From the NCBI GenBank assembly GCA_963707505.1, contig CAVPQB010000004.1, forward strand, positions 928,001 through 992,000: 64,000 bases of DNA, written 5' to 3'. The stretch is from an uncultured Gemmatimonadales bacterium. Its GTDB lineage: Bacteria > Gemmatimonadota > Gemmatimonadetes > Gemmatimonadales > Gemmatimonadaceae. A program made the translations under genes and the position numbers. The notes under the pieces are model-generated. The model did no database searches and was not told the origin of the DNA. It worked only from the letters and a program-made list of their open reading frames with translations. Shown piece after piece: positions 19,769-28,845 of the stretch; the stretch's first letter is position 1; each line of letters begins with the position of its first letter.

Positions 19769-20886
19769 GCGCCGTAACCGCGCGCAGTAACCTCATGCAC
19801 GTAGTCCACGAGTCTGCGCACGCTGTCGACTGGTGTCGATGGAAGAATTCCGTGACCGAGATTGAAGATGTGGCCGGGACGGGACCCAGCGCGCATCAGC
19901 ACGTCATCGACCTGCGCCTTCAACTCTCGCCAAGGCGCGAGCAGTGCAATCGGATCAAGGTTTCCCATGATCGAATACCTGTCACCAAGTCTCGTGCGCA
20001 CCGAATCGAGCGGTGTGCGCCAGTCGATCCCCAGAACGTCACCACCGCACGCCGCGACGTCGTCGATGTATGCGCCGGTGCCGGTGCTGAAGTTGATTAC
20101 GGGAACCCCGGCAGCCATGACCGCGCGGTAGAGCGCTGCATTGTACGGCTGCACGTAACGCGCATAATCGTGTGGACTGAGCGCGCCCGCCCACGAGTCG
20201 AACACTTGCAGAACATCCGCGCCTGCACGTGCCTGCGCGACGAGGTAGTCGGCAAGCACAGTAACCAGGCGGCGCATCAAGCGACTCCACGCAGCAGGTT
20301 CCGCGTACATGAAGCTCTTCGCCACGTCATAGCGTTGCGAGCTGGCGCCCTCGATCGCGTAACATGCCAGTGTAAACGGCGCGCCGGCGAATCCGATCAG
20401 CGCTGTCGACGCGGGCAGCGCGTCTCGTACGAGCCGAATCGCACCGAGCGTACCGCGCATCGTCTGCTCCGCTGGTGGAGTGCCGAGCATGTCGACGTCA
20501 CGTGAAGCGCGAACCGGGTTCGCGATACGTGGGCCGGCGCCCGCGACGAAGTCGAGCTCGAGTCCCATGCCGATGAGCGGCGGAAGGATGTCGGAAAAGA
20601 TGATCGCCGCGTCGACACCGAGTGCGTTCACGGGCTGCAGCGTGATCTCGGCCGCAGTCGCGGGATCGCCAATCGCTTCCAGCATCGTCTGTTGCGCACG
20701 GATCGCGCGATACTCCGGCATGTACCGTCCGGCCTGGCGCATCAGCCACACGGGCGTGTGCGGCACAACCTCTCGACGGCAAGCGCGAACGAGAACGGAA
20801 CCCGCAGCTACGCTCGCGGAGGGTGCGTCCCCGTGGACAGGCCGCATTGAATGATGCTGGGTTGCAGGCGGACGCGTTGCTGCCAT
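19765..20886 (-). CDS. hemE: Uroporphyrinogen decarboxylase
   Basis: PVWLMRQAGRYMPEYR, DAAIIFSDIL, IGFAGAPFTLACY, HIFNLGHG. Confidence 0.97.
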   Translation of the reverse strand: MAATRPPATQHHSMRPVHGDAPSASVAAGSVLVRACRREVVPHTPVWLMRQAGRYMPEYRAIRAQQTMLEAIGDPATAAEITLQPVNALGVDAAIIFSDILPPLIGMGLELDFVAGAGPRIANPVRASRDVDMLGTPPAEQTMRGTLGAIRLVRDALPASTALIGFAGAPFTLACYAIEGASSQRYDVAKSFMYAEPAAWSRLMRRLVTVLADYLVAQARAGADVLQVFDSWAGALSPHDYARYVQPYNAALYRAVMAAGVPVINFSTGTGAYIDDVAACGGDVLGIDWRTPLDSVRTRLGDRYSIMGNLDPIALLAPWRELKAQVDDVLMRAGSRPGHIFNLGHGILPSTPVDSVRRLVDYVHEVTARGYGA

Positions 20887-21884
20887 CAATCGTTCAGCCA
20901 CCGCGCGGCATCCTTCGCGTGATATGTGATGATCATTCCGGCGCCCGCCCGTCGCATCGATGTGAGTGATTCGAGCACGATCGCGCGCTCGTCGATCCAT
21001 CCTGCCGCGGCCGCAGCCTTCACCATCGCATATTCGCCACTCACATTGTACGCGACGAGGGGCACGCCCGGATGCGCGGCGCTCACGGCGCTCACGATGT
21101 CGAGATAGGCGAGCGCAGGCTTCACCATCAGTAAATCCGCACCTTCAGCAACATCGAGCGCACTCTCCCGCAACGCGATACCGCGGTTCGCGGGGTCCAG
21201 CTGATGCGTGCGACGGTCGCCGAACGTCGGTGCGCCACCCGCCGCCTCGCGGAACGGGCCGTAGTACGCCGATGAATACTTCACGGCATAAGCCATGATG
21301 GCGACATTCGCATGGCGTGCGTTATCGAGTGCGATACGGATCGCACCGACGGCGCCGTCGATCATTCCGCTTGGTGCGACGATGTCCGCGCCCGCCTCTG
21401 CGTGCGATATTGCAATCCGTTGCAGGGAATCGAGCGTCTCGTCGTTGATCAGATATTGCCGAGCGTCGAGAATCCCGCAGTGTCCGTGCGAGGTGTACTC
21501 GCACATGCACACGTCCGTGATGACGACGAGATCAGGTGCGTGAGTCTTGAGAGTACGGATCGCGCGCTGAACGGCACCGTCGGACGCGTAACTCTCCTTC
21601 CCATGTGGATCCTTTCGCTCCGGTGCCGGGACCCCAAATAGAATCACCGCGGAAACGCCGACTGCGATGAGCTCATTGGCGATGGCCGTTACACGATCGA
21701 CGGAAACGCGATTGATTCCTGGCATCGATTCGATCGACTCGACGACGTTTTCGCCGTCCGTGACGAAGATCGGTGCGATGAGATGCTCTGGTCTCAGCGA
21801 AGTCTCGCGCACCATTCGCCGCAGCGTGTCGCTGGTGCGCAGCCGGCGGAGTCTCACGGTGGGGAACTGGCCGGACTCGGTCAT
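20886..21884 (-). CDS. hemB: Porphobilinogen synthase (Zn-type)
   Basis: DVCMCEYTSHGHCG, APSGMIDG, YGPFREA, MVKPA, YNVSGEYAMVK. Confidence 0.97.
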   Translation of the reverse strand: MTESGQFPTVRLRRLRTSDTLRRMVRETSLRPEHLIAPIFVTDGENVVESIESMPGINRVSVDRVTAIANELIAVGVSAVILFGVPAPERKDPHGKESYASDGAVQRAIRTLKTHAPDLVVITDVCMCEYTSHGHCGILDARQYLINDETLDSLQRIAISHAEAGADIVAPSGMIDGAVGAIRIALDNARHANVAIMAYAVKYSSAYYGPFREAAGGAPTFGDRRTHQLDPANRGIALRESALDVAEGADLLMVKPALAYLDIVSAVSAAHPGVPLVAYNVSGEYAMVKAAAAAGWIDERAIVLESLTSMRRAGAGMIITYHAKDAARWLND

Positions 21885-22663
21885 TGAATGGTCATCGGCG
21901 GAGTTTGCTGCACATTGTCGTGCGGGCCGATGCCGAATATCCTGGAAAGCGCGCTAACGACGCCATCCAGAGTGTACACCCCCGCAACAGCCGAGACCGG
22001 CAACCCCACCTGTGTCGCTGCTTTCGCAGTAACGGGTCCAATGCAGACTATCCGCGGCGCGACGGAGGTGCCGAAGCAGGCTACGAATGCGTGCACTGCT
22101 GATGGACTGGTGAACGTTATCGCATCGGCTTCCAGTATCCGACTTCGAGTCTCGTCCTGCACGGTGCGAGCGACTGTGTCGTACAGAATCCGTTCCACGA
22201 CGTCGGCACCCCGTGCGCGCAGCGTATCCGAGAGAACCGAGCGCGCACCGGCTGCGCGCGGCCAGAGAATTTTCATTCCTTTCACGTCGCCAAGCGCATC
22301 GGCCAGCGACTCGGCGACGAATTCAGGTGCCGTCACTGCCGAGGTCGCGCCGAGTGCAGCAACCGCCCGGGCAGTAGCCGGTCCAACCGCCGCGATCGCG
22401 CGATGCAACCGGAATGCTGTCTGATCGGCAGCATCGAGCCGAGCCCAGAACATGCGCACGCCATTCGCGCTCGTAAACGCAATCCAGTCGAAGTCCCCGA
22501 CCGAAACCGACGCGGCCGAATCATCGTGATGGACCGGCTCGATGCCGATGAGTGGAACCACGAGTGGTTCGGCGCCAGCTCGCCGGAGCGCGGTCGTGAG
22601 TGGGCCGTCTTCCATCTCGAATCGCGTCACGACGACGCGACGTCCTGCGAGCGGCGTCGTCAC
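21881..22663 (-). CDS. hemD: Uroporphyrinogen-III synthase
   Basis: PLAGRRVVVTR, FTSANGV, AVGPATA, FTSPSAV, CIGPVTA; GTG start overlaps the hemC stop. Confidence 0.92.
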   Translation of the reverse strand: MTTPLAGRRVVVTRFEMEDGPLTTALRRAGAEPLVVPLIGIEPVHHDDSAASVSVGDFDWIAFTSANGVRMFWARLDAADQTAFRLHRAIAAVGPATARAVAALGATSAVTAPEFVAESLADALGDVKGMKILWPRAAGARSVLSDTLRARGADVVERILYDTVARTVQDETRSRILEADAITFTSPSAVHAFVACFGTSVAPRIVCIGPVTAKAATQVGLPVSAVAGVYTLDGVVSALSRIFGIGPHDNVQQTPPMTIQ

Positions 22664-23382
22664 GCCTGCATCGCCCGTAACGACGAGCTCAGCTCCGCGT
22701 CCACGGCATTGTGCAATTCGATGTCGTCGATGCGCGTCAGGATGTCGAGAGCGATCGGATCGTCCGCGCGGCACTGTACTGCGAGCGCACCCTGGCCCGC
22801 TGCGGGCGGCATCGTCGTGAGATCGAATATCTCGGTGATGTTCGCGCGTAGCTGCAATCGATCGAGACCTGCAAGAGCAAGCAGCGCTGCGTCGTAATCG
22901 CCCGCGAGCACTTTCGCCACGCGCGCATCCACCGTGCCGCGAATCGGTCTTACCTCGAGGTCAGGACGCAGCGCGAGAACCGCCGCGGCTCGTCGCTCGC
23001 TCGATGTGCCAACCAGAGCGCCTGGCGGAAGCTCGCTCAGCTTGAGCGGACGCGCGCACACGAGAGCTTCGCGCGGATCGGCGCGAACGGGTACCGCGGC
23101 GATCACGAGTCCGGCAGTCGAGTCAGGCGGTAGATCCTTGTACGAGTGGACTGCGGCGTCGATCTCACCGGCGCTCAGTGCGCGCTCGAGCACATCGGTG
23201 AAAGCGTCAGGAGCCAACTGCGGCGCGGGAACGTCGAGCATCATGTCGCCCGACGTTTCGTATTCGCGCACTTCGACGTCGAGTTGAGGATGCGCAGCGC
23301 CAAGCAGTCCGGCGACGATCGCCGTCTGGCGCAGTGCGAGCTCGGACTTCCGGGTCCCAACGACGAAACGTCCTGTCATCAT
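22660..23382 (-). CDS. hemC: Hydroxymethylbilane synthase, lacking C-terminal domain 3
   Basis: GTRKSELALRQ, TSGD, VHSYKD, GTSSERR, PAAGQGALA; ends at 240 aa before the GGC cofactor motif. Confidence 0.88.
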   Translation of the reverse strand: MMTGRFVVGTRKSELALRQTAIVAGLLGAAHPQLDVEVREYETSGDMMLDVPAPQLAPDAFTDVLERALSAGEIDAAVHSYKDLPPDSTAGLVIAAVPVRADPREALVCARPLKLSELPPGALVGTSSERRAAAVLALRPDLEVRPIRGTVDARVAKVLAGDYDAALLALAGLDRLQLRANITEIFDLTTMPPAAGQGALAVQCRADDPIALDILTRIDDIELHNAVDAELSSSLRAMQA

Positions 23383-24494
23383 ACCCCTATTGGGCTGGCC
23401 ATCCGCTTGGATTCCGATGCGCGGCGTGGTGGCGTACCTGTCGAACGAGCGGCAAGTCGCTCCTCGAGTATCGCGAGCTCTTCGCCGATTATCCGCTCGA
23501 CTGCCGGAATGACAGCGCGGCGCTCAGCATGGGCCGCTATCACATACGGCCCGAGATCGTCGATGCCGATCAGCTTCGCACCAGCCACGCTTCGGACGCT
23601 GACGTCGACATTACGCGGCAACGAGACATCGACGAGCGTCATGGGACGATCCGGCCTGTGCGCGAGCGCCGTACTCACCGTGCGGCTGTTGATCAACGGA
23701 AGTGTGGCGCGTGTCGCCGCAATCACCACGTCCGCGTCGCGTAGCAGAGACGGCAGAAGATTCAACGGACATGCGTCGGCGCCGTGATGCGCACCCATCT
23801 CGACAGCGGCTTCGACCGTTCGGTTAGCAATCGTGATTCTGCGCGGCGCGTGCGGCGCCAGCGAGCGGAGTGCAAGCTCGGCGATCTCGCCAGCTCCGAC
23901 GACTACCACGTTGCGCCCAGCAAGTCCGTTCGCAGCGGTCGCGGCGGCATCGACCGCCGCCGAGCCCAGGCTGGCCGCCTGAAGACGTCCCCAGATCATG
24001 CCACGAGCACGCTCACCGGCGCGAACGGCGCTCTTGAACGCCAGCTTTAGTAGTGGTGATGCAGCGTGCACTGCAACCGATTGGCGCAGCGAGCTCGCAA
24101 CCTGCCCGGTGATCTGGGCCTCGCCAATTACGACCGAGTCCAGTCCAGCGGCGACCTTGAAGAGATGCTCCGCCGCCGCCAGCCCGTGAAGCGAATAGGC
24201 GTGCGCTGCCAGTGCAGATTCGGGGATTCCACACGTCGCCGACCACCATTCGAGCATGATCTCGCGGACGTCGGTTGTGGTGGCAGGCGTCTCCGTGTAC
24301 AGCTCGGTGCGATGGCAGGTTGCGATCACCACAAGCCGCTCGATTCGCGGGTCGTGTCGCGCGGCAGCCAGCGCTTCGTGAAGCAGGGATGTGGAAAAAC
24401 CGGCACGCTCGCGCAGCTCGGATGTAGCCGTTCTGTGGCTGATTCCGAGGCAGTCTAGCCTGAGGCCGGTTTCTACGGCTATTTCAGTGACCAA
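23379..24494 (-). CDS. hemA: Glutamyl-tRNA reductase, C-terminally shortened
   Basis: GISHRTA, TCHRTELY, AAGLDSVVIGEAQITGQV, GAGEIA, IANRT, DVSLPRNVD. Confidence 0.92.
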   Translation of the reverse strand: MVTEIAVETGLRLDCLGISHRTATSELRERAGFSTSLLHEALAAARHDPRIERLVVIATCHRTELYTETPATTTDVREIMLEWWSATCGIPESALAAHAYSLHGLAAAEHLFKVAAGLDSVVIGEAQITGQVASSLRQSVAVHAASPLLKLAFKSAVRAGERARGMIWGRLQAASLGSAAVDAAATAANGLAGRNVVVVGAGEIAELALRSLAPHAPRRITIANRTVEAAVEMGAHHGADACPLNLLPSLLRDADVVIAATRATLPLINSRTVSTALAHRPDRPMTLVDVSLPRNVDVSVRSVAGAKLIGIDDLGPYVIAAHAERRAVIPAVERIIGEELAILEERLAARSTGTPPRRASESKRMASPIGV

Positions 24495-24669
24495 TGTGCG
24501 TGAGAATCCGGGTGGGACGGGCGAGCTGGAAAGTTGTGGGTTCCACGCCCTCTACGGTATCCGGGCGACTACGGACACCAGTCCAAACGCCAGTTCGCCC
24601 GGGAGCGTACTTTTGTAAGCTCACCGAATGCAAACGTTCGGACAGACCAAACAGGGGACGCCGTTGACA

Positions 24670-26469
24670 GTGAAATATACCTCTCGCCATCAGCTGGCCG
24701 CGCTCGCCGGCTCAGCTCCATTGGCTCGCGCGGCCGCTGCCGCGGCGCTCGCGGCGATGCTTGTGCTGTCAGGGTGCAAGACGTCCAGCCCGGGCGCCGA
24801 GGCGCCTGGCACCGCTTCGACTCCGGCAGTGCACGCGGCGTTTCCGGACGGCTGGGGAAACAAGCGTAGAAGGCCCCCGACCGTCGAGCAGCACGCGATG
24901 GTCGTCAGCAATAGCAACCTCGCCAGCGAGGCAGGCGCCGAGATCCTGAAGAAGGGCGGAAACGCCGTGGATGCGGCGGTCGCGACGGGCTTCGCGCTCG
25001 AAGTCACATTCCCGTTCGCCGGCAACATCGGCGGCGGCGGGTTCATGGTGATCCGGATGGCCAACGGCGATGCTGCCGCGATCGACTATCGCGAGACGGC
25101 ACCCCTCGCCGCGACGCGAGACATGTACATCGAGAACGGGAAGCTCACGAATAAGAGCACCTTGGGGGGACTCGCATCCGGCGTTCCCGGCTCTGTGGCG
25201 GGAATGGCGGCGGCGCTCGCGAAGTACGGCACGATGTCGCTGCACGATGTGATGCAACCGGCCATCAGACTCGCCTCGGATGGCTTCGTCGTGGACAGCG
25301 CAACGTCGCGAGGGCTGGGGGCAAGCGCGCATCTCATCAGTCAGTTCGCCGGCGCCGCGGTATTTCTGCCGGGCGGCAAGCCACTTCCTCCCGGCACGCT
25401 GCTTCGCCAGCCCCAATTGGCGAAGACCCTGCGCCTGATCGCCGACCAGGGACCATCGGCATTCTACACCGGTCCGATCGCCGACGAGATCGTCGCGCAA
25501 ATGAAGCGCGACGGCGGGATAATCACCAGGCAGGACCTTGCGTCGTACAAGCCGGAGTGGCGCACACCGATCCTCGGGAAGTATCGCGGCTACACGCTGT
25601 ACGCGATGCCGCCGTCGTCCAGCGGTGGCGTGACCACCGTGGAAATATTGAATCAACTCGAGACGTGGAAGTCACTTCCGCCATTCAACAGCGCCGCGTA
25701 CAAGCATCTTCTCGCCGAGACGTTCCAGCGCGCGTTCATCGACCGCAACACAAAACTCGGTGATCCGGCGTTCGTTACAAATCCGCTCGACATGTTGACT
25801 GACAAGGCGTACGCCAGGAAACTCGCGTCGACCATACAGCCGGATCGTGCCACCCCGTCGCCGTCGTTCGCGGCAGCTGCGGAGCCGATGCACACCACGC
25901 ACTACTCTGTCGTCGATGCGTCCGGCAACGCGGTGTCTACCACGACGACGCTCAACAGTGGCTTCGGGTCCGGCGTCTTTGTCGCCGAGGCGGGCTTCTT
26001 CATGAACGACGAGATGGATGACTTCGCCGCTGAGCCAGGCAAGGCGAACCAATTCGGTCTGGTGCAGGGTGAGATCAACGCGATCCAGCCTGGCAAGCGC
26101 ATGCTGAGCGCCATGTCTCCGACGATCGTGCTGGATCGTAACGGCAAGCTCATGCTGGTGGTCGGTGCCGCCGGCGGGCCGACGATCATCACAGGCGTCA
26201 CGCAGGTGATTCTGAATGTGATCGATCAGCACATGTCGCTTCCCGACGCGATGTTCGCGCCACGCATGCACGATCAGGCGTGGCCGGATGAGATCACGTA
26301 CGAGAGGGGCGGATTCTCGCAGTCCGCGACTGATTCGCTCGTAGCGATGGGATACAAGCTGCACGAGGTAGGCGGTCTCACGAACGTAAACGCCGTGATG
26401 CGTGGTCCGGACGGACGCTGGGTCGGAGTGTACGAGCCACGTTCCAACGGCGGCGCCGTCGGCTACTGA
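24670..26469 (+). CDS. ggt: Gamma-glutamyltransferase (lipoprotein)
   Basis: GGNAVDAAVA, IGGGGF, IDYRETAP, autocleavage site HTTHYSVVD, NDEMDDF, PGKRMLSAMSP; lipobox VLSGC. Start uncertain. Confidence 0.95.
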   Translation: MKYTSRHQLAALAGSAPLARAAAAAALAAMLVLSGCKTSSPGAEAPGTASTPAVHAAFPDGWGNKRRRPPTVEQHAMVVSNSNLASEAGAEILKKGGNAVDAAVATGFALEVTFPFAGNIGGGGFMVIRMANGDAAAIDYRETAPLAATRDMYIENGKLTNKSTLGGLASGVPGSVAGMAAALAKYGTMSLHDVMQPAIRLASDGFVVDSATSRGLGASAHLISQFAGAAVFLPGGKPLPPGTLLRQPQLAKTLRLIADQGPSAFYTGPIADEIVAQMKRDGGIITRQDLASYKPEWRTPILGKYRGYTLYAMPPSSSGGVTTVEILNQLETWKSLPPFNSAAYKHLLAETFQRAFIDRNTKLGDPAFVTNPLDMLTDKAYARKLASTIQPDRATPSPSFAAAAEPMHTTHYSVVDASGNAVSTTTTLNSGFGSGVFVAEAGFFMNDEMDDFAAEPGKANQFGLVQGEINAIQPGKRMLSAMSPTIVLDRNGKLMLVVGAAGGPTIITGVTQVILNVIDQHMSLPDAMFAPRMHDQAWPDEITYERGGFSQSATDSLVAMGYKLHEVGGLTNVNAVMRGPDGRWVGVYEPRSNGGAVGY

Positions 26470-26485
26470 TCTACGGCGTGTTTGG

Positions 26486-26519
26486 GAGCGGCGCGTCGGG
26501 AATTGCCGGCGCGCCGCTC
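26486..26519. terminator. Hairpin between convergent ggt and plsC
   Basis: GAGCGGCGCG...CGCGCCGCTC. Confidence 0.5.
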
Positions 26520-27269
26520 TTATTTCTTGCCGTCGCTTAGCTCTCGCTGGAGCTGATGTCGCGCGTCTGAAATGCTCTGGCGCGTCCTGTCACGAAGAGC
26601 GGGCAGGTCCGCTGAGGTGAGCCCCGTGGTTTCGATCGGCTCGAGCACTCTGCACACCGCAGTCGCACGACGAAAGCTGAACGACCCCTTCGCCATGGCG
26701 TCGCGCGTCCCTGCAATCGCGACGGGTAAGATCGGTGCTCCAGTCGAGATTGCGAGCTGAAACGCGCCGTCCTTGAAGGGAAGCAGGTCGTCGCCGCGTG
26801 ATCGCGTCCCTTCGGGAAAGACCATCACCGAGACCTTTTTGGCGAGGCGATCCCTGCAGGCATCCAGCGCCTGCTGGGCGCTCCCACGGCTGCCACGGTT
26901 GATCGGAATGTCACCAGCCATCCGCATCATCCAGCCCATGACAGGGATCCTGAAGATCGTGTCCTTCGAGAGCCACTTCATCTCCCATCGCAGATGCGAC
27001 ATCAGAAAGATGTCGGCGTAGCTCTCGTGGTTCGCGACGACGACGTATGGCCGTCGCGGATCGTGGATGGCAACGCCGCTGGTGTGAAAGTGCCAGTACG
27101 GGTTGAGCCAGGTCCCCGCGACGGCAAGATGGCGAAACGCCCGGCCGGCAGCGTACCTTCCGGGGTCGAAGGGCGCCGTGGCGATCCAGACGATCGAGAC
27201 GTAGATGAATCCGAACAGGACGATGAGAACAATCTCCGTCCACACCCAGGCGTTGACCAATCGTTGCAT
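26520..27269 (-). CDS. plsC: 1-acyl-sn-glycerol-3-phosphate acyltransferase family
   Basis: NHESYAD (HX4D), FPEGTRS, FKDGAF, PILPVAI. Confidence 0.9.
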   Translation of the reverse strand: MQRLVNAWVWTEIVLIVLFGFIYVSIVWIATAPFDPGRYAAGRAFRHLAVAGTWLNPYWHFHTSGVAIHDPRRPYVVVANHESYADIFLMSHLRWEMKWLSKDTIFRIPVMGWMMRMAGDIPINRGSRGSAQQALDACRDRLAKKVSVMVFPEGTRSRGDDLLPFKDGAFQLAISTGAPILPVAIAGTRDAMAKGSFSFRRATAVCRVLEPIETTGLTSADLPALRDRTRQSISDARHQLQRELSDGKK

Positions 27270-27374
27270 CCGCAAAATTTGCCAGCGCGGCGGCGTGGAC
27301 GTAAGGCGGGTGCTGGCGTTGCGCCTGCGACCCGCCGGGCTTGGAGAGAACTCATCAAGATAGTCGGCCGGACG

Positions 27375-27403
27375 TTGACAACTGCCGCGGGTCCCGATAG
27401 CCT
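27375..27403 (+). promoter_or_regulatory. Sigma70 promoter
   Basis: TTGACA-17 bp-TAGCCT. Confidence 0.7.
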
Positions 27404-27434
27404 ATGTGCGGAAGACAAACCGCCAATAGCACCG

Positions 27435-27512
27435 ATGACCACCTCTCGCTTCATGCCGTTCAGCAAGTGCAAGCCACTCTCCTCTACGGGGATCTGGTTG
27501 ACGCATGCGTGA
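27435..27512 (+). CDS. Putative attenuator leader peptide (25 aa)
   Basis: MTTSRFMPFSKCKPLSSTGIWLTHA*, between the promoter and the terminator. Confidence 0.5.
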   Translation: MTTSRFMPFSKCKPLSSTGIWLTHA

Positions 27513-27533
27513 AGCTGCTCGAGTTTCATCCCC

Positions 27534-27572
27534 ATGCCCGCCAGACTTTTCGTCAGGCGGGCATTTTTTTTT
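27534..27572 (+). terminator. Intrinsic terminator in the 5' leader (attenuator)
   Basis: ATGCCCGCC-a-GAC-ttttc-GTC-a-GGCGGGCAT followed by a T-run, about 40 bp before the aminotransferase ATG. Confidence 0.85.
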
Positions 27573-27611
27573 GCCATCAACTCACCAGGCCTCGGCCAAG
27601 GAAATCGATAG

Positions 27612-28845
27612 ATGCTCATAGCTGACCCCGAAGAATCGACAATTGCCCCCGCACCCATTCATTATCTCGATGCGATATCACTCGGGAAGATCGTTCAGAT
27701 TCGGGAGCAGTTGCTCAAGGCCCAGGCAACCGGAATGCGGGTGTTTCGCTTCGAGTCCGGCGACCCCAGCTTCAGTGTTGCTACTTCGGTGCTCGATGCG
27801 GTAGATGCCGCAGCGCGCGCAGGCAAGACTCACTACATACCGAACAACGGAATCCCGCAGCTTCGCGACGCACTCGCGGCCAAGGTCCGCAACCGCAACC
27901 ATCTCGTGGACGTTACGAGCGAAGATGTTTTCGTCACGAATGGTGCGATGCACGCGCTCTTCGTCACCTTCGGAGCATTGCTCGTTCCTGGTGACGAGGT
28001 GATAGTTCCGGATCCCATGTGGACCGAGGTTGTGGAGAACATACGGATGGCGGGCGGCGTCCCTGTCGGTGTCGAGCTCAGCGCGGCCGACGACTTCGAG
28101 TACCGTACCGATCGCATCGAGGCTGCGATCACGCCGCGTACACGCGCGATCTTCATCAACACGCCGCATAACCCGACCGGCGCCGTACTCTCGACCGAGC
28201 GATTGAAGGAAATCGTGGAGCTTGCCCGCGCCAATAACTTGTGGATCGTCTCCGACGAAGCCTACGAGGACGTGCTCTACGATCCATGGACCCACACGTC
28301 GATCGGATCGCTCGCAGGCGACTACGCCGATCGCGTCATCAGCATCTTCTCATTCTCCAAATCGCACGCGATGAGCGGGTTGCGCGTAGGGTACATCGTG
28401 ACACGGTCGCCATTGATGCACGACCGAATCCCCAAACTGCTTCGGTGTAGCATCAATGGTGTCAACAGCCTCGCGCAGTGGGCCGCGCTGGCCGCGGTGA
28501 ACGGGCCTGCAGGATCACCTGCTCGCAATGCGCAGCGAGTACGCGATACGGCGCGACATCATGCTCGGTGCGCTGTCCGGTATTCCCGGTGTCAGCGCGT
28601 TCGCAGCGCGCGGTGCCTTCTACGCCTGGGTCGAGCTCGACGACTCCGCATACCAGCGCCTCGGCGTACCCGACGCGGCCGCTCTATCCGAACGGCTTGC
28701 GGCAGCTGGAATCGGGAGCGCGCCCGGTGACGCGTTCGGCGAGACGTGCGCCGGCGCGATTCGCTTCGCGTTCAGCTGCGATACGGCGATGGTACGCGAG
28801 GGAAGTGTCCTGCTTCGCGCCGCGCTGTCCGAGGGACTTGCGTGA
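27612..28845 (+). CDS. PLP-dependent aminotransferase class I/II (one frameshift near 28508)
   Basis: VTNGAMHAL, NTPHNPTG, SDEAY, SFSKSHAMSGLRVGY; C-terminus (GAFY, PGDAFG, IRFAF) continues in ORF 28528-28845. Confidence 0.9.

Noticed and set aside
22640..22700. HemC-HemD fusion hidden by a frameshift (GDAGVTTPLAG resembling GGCxxPLG)
   Set aside because: There is no Cys in that frame, PLAGRRVVVTR is the normal HemD start, and there is no room for the ~70-aa domain 3.
27350..27420. SAM-I riboswitch suggested by CTCATCAAGA
   Set aside because: The following conserved elements (GAGGGA..GGCCC, GCAACC, GTGC) are absent, and the segment lies upstream of the predicted promoter.
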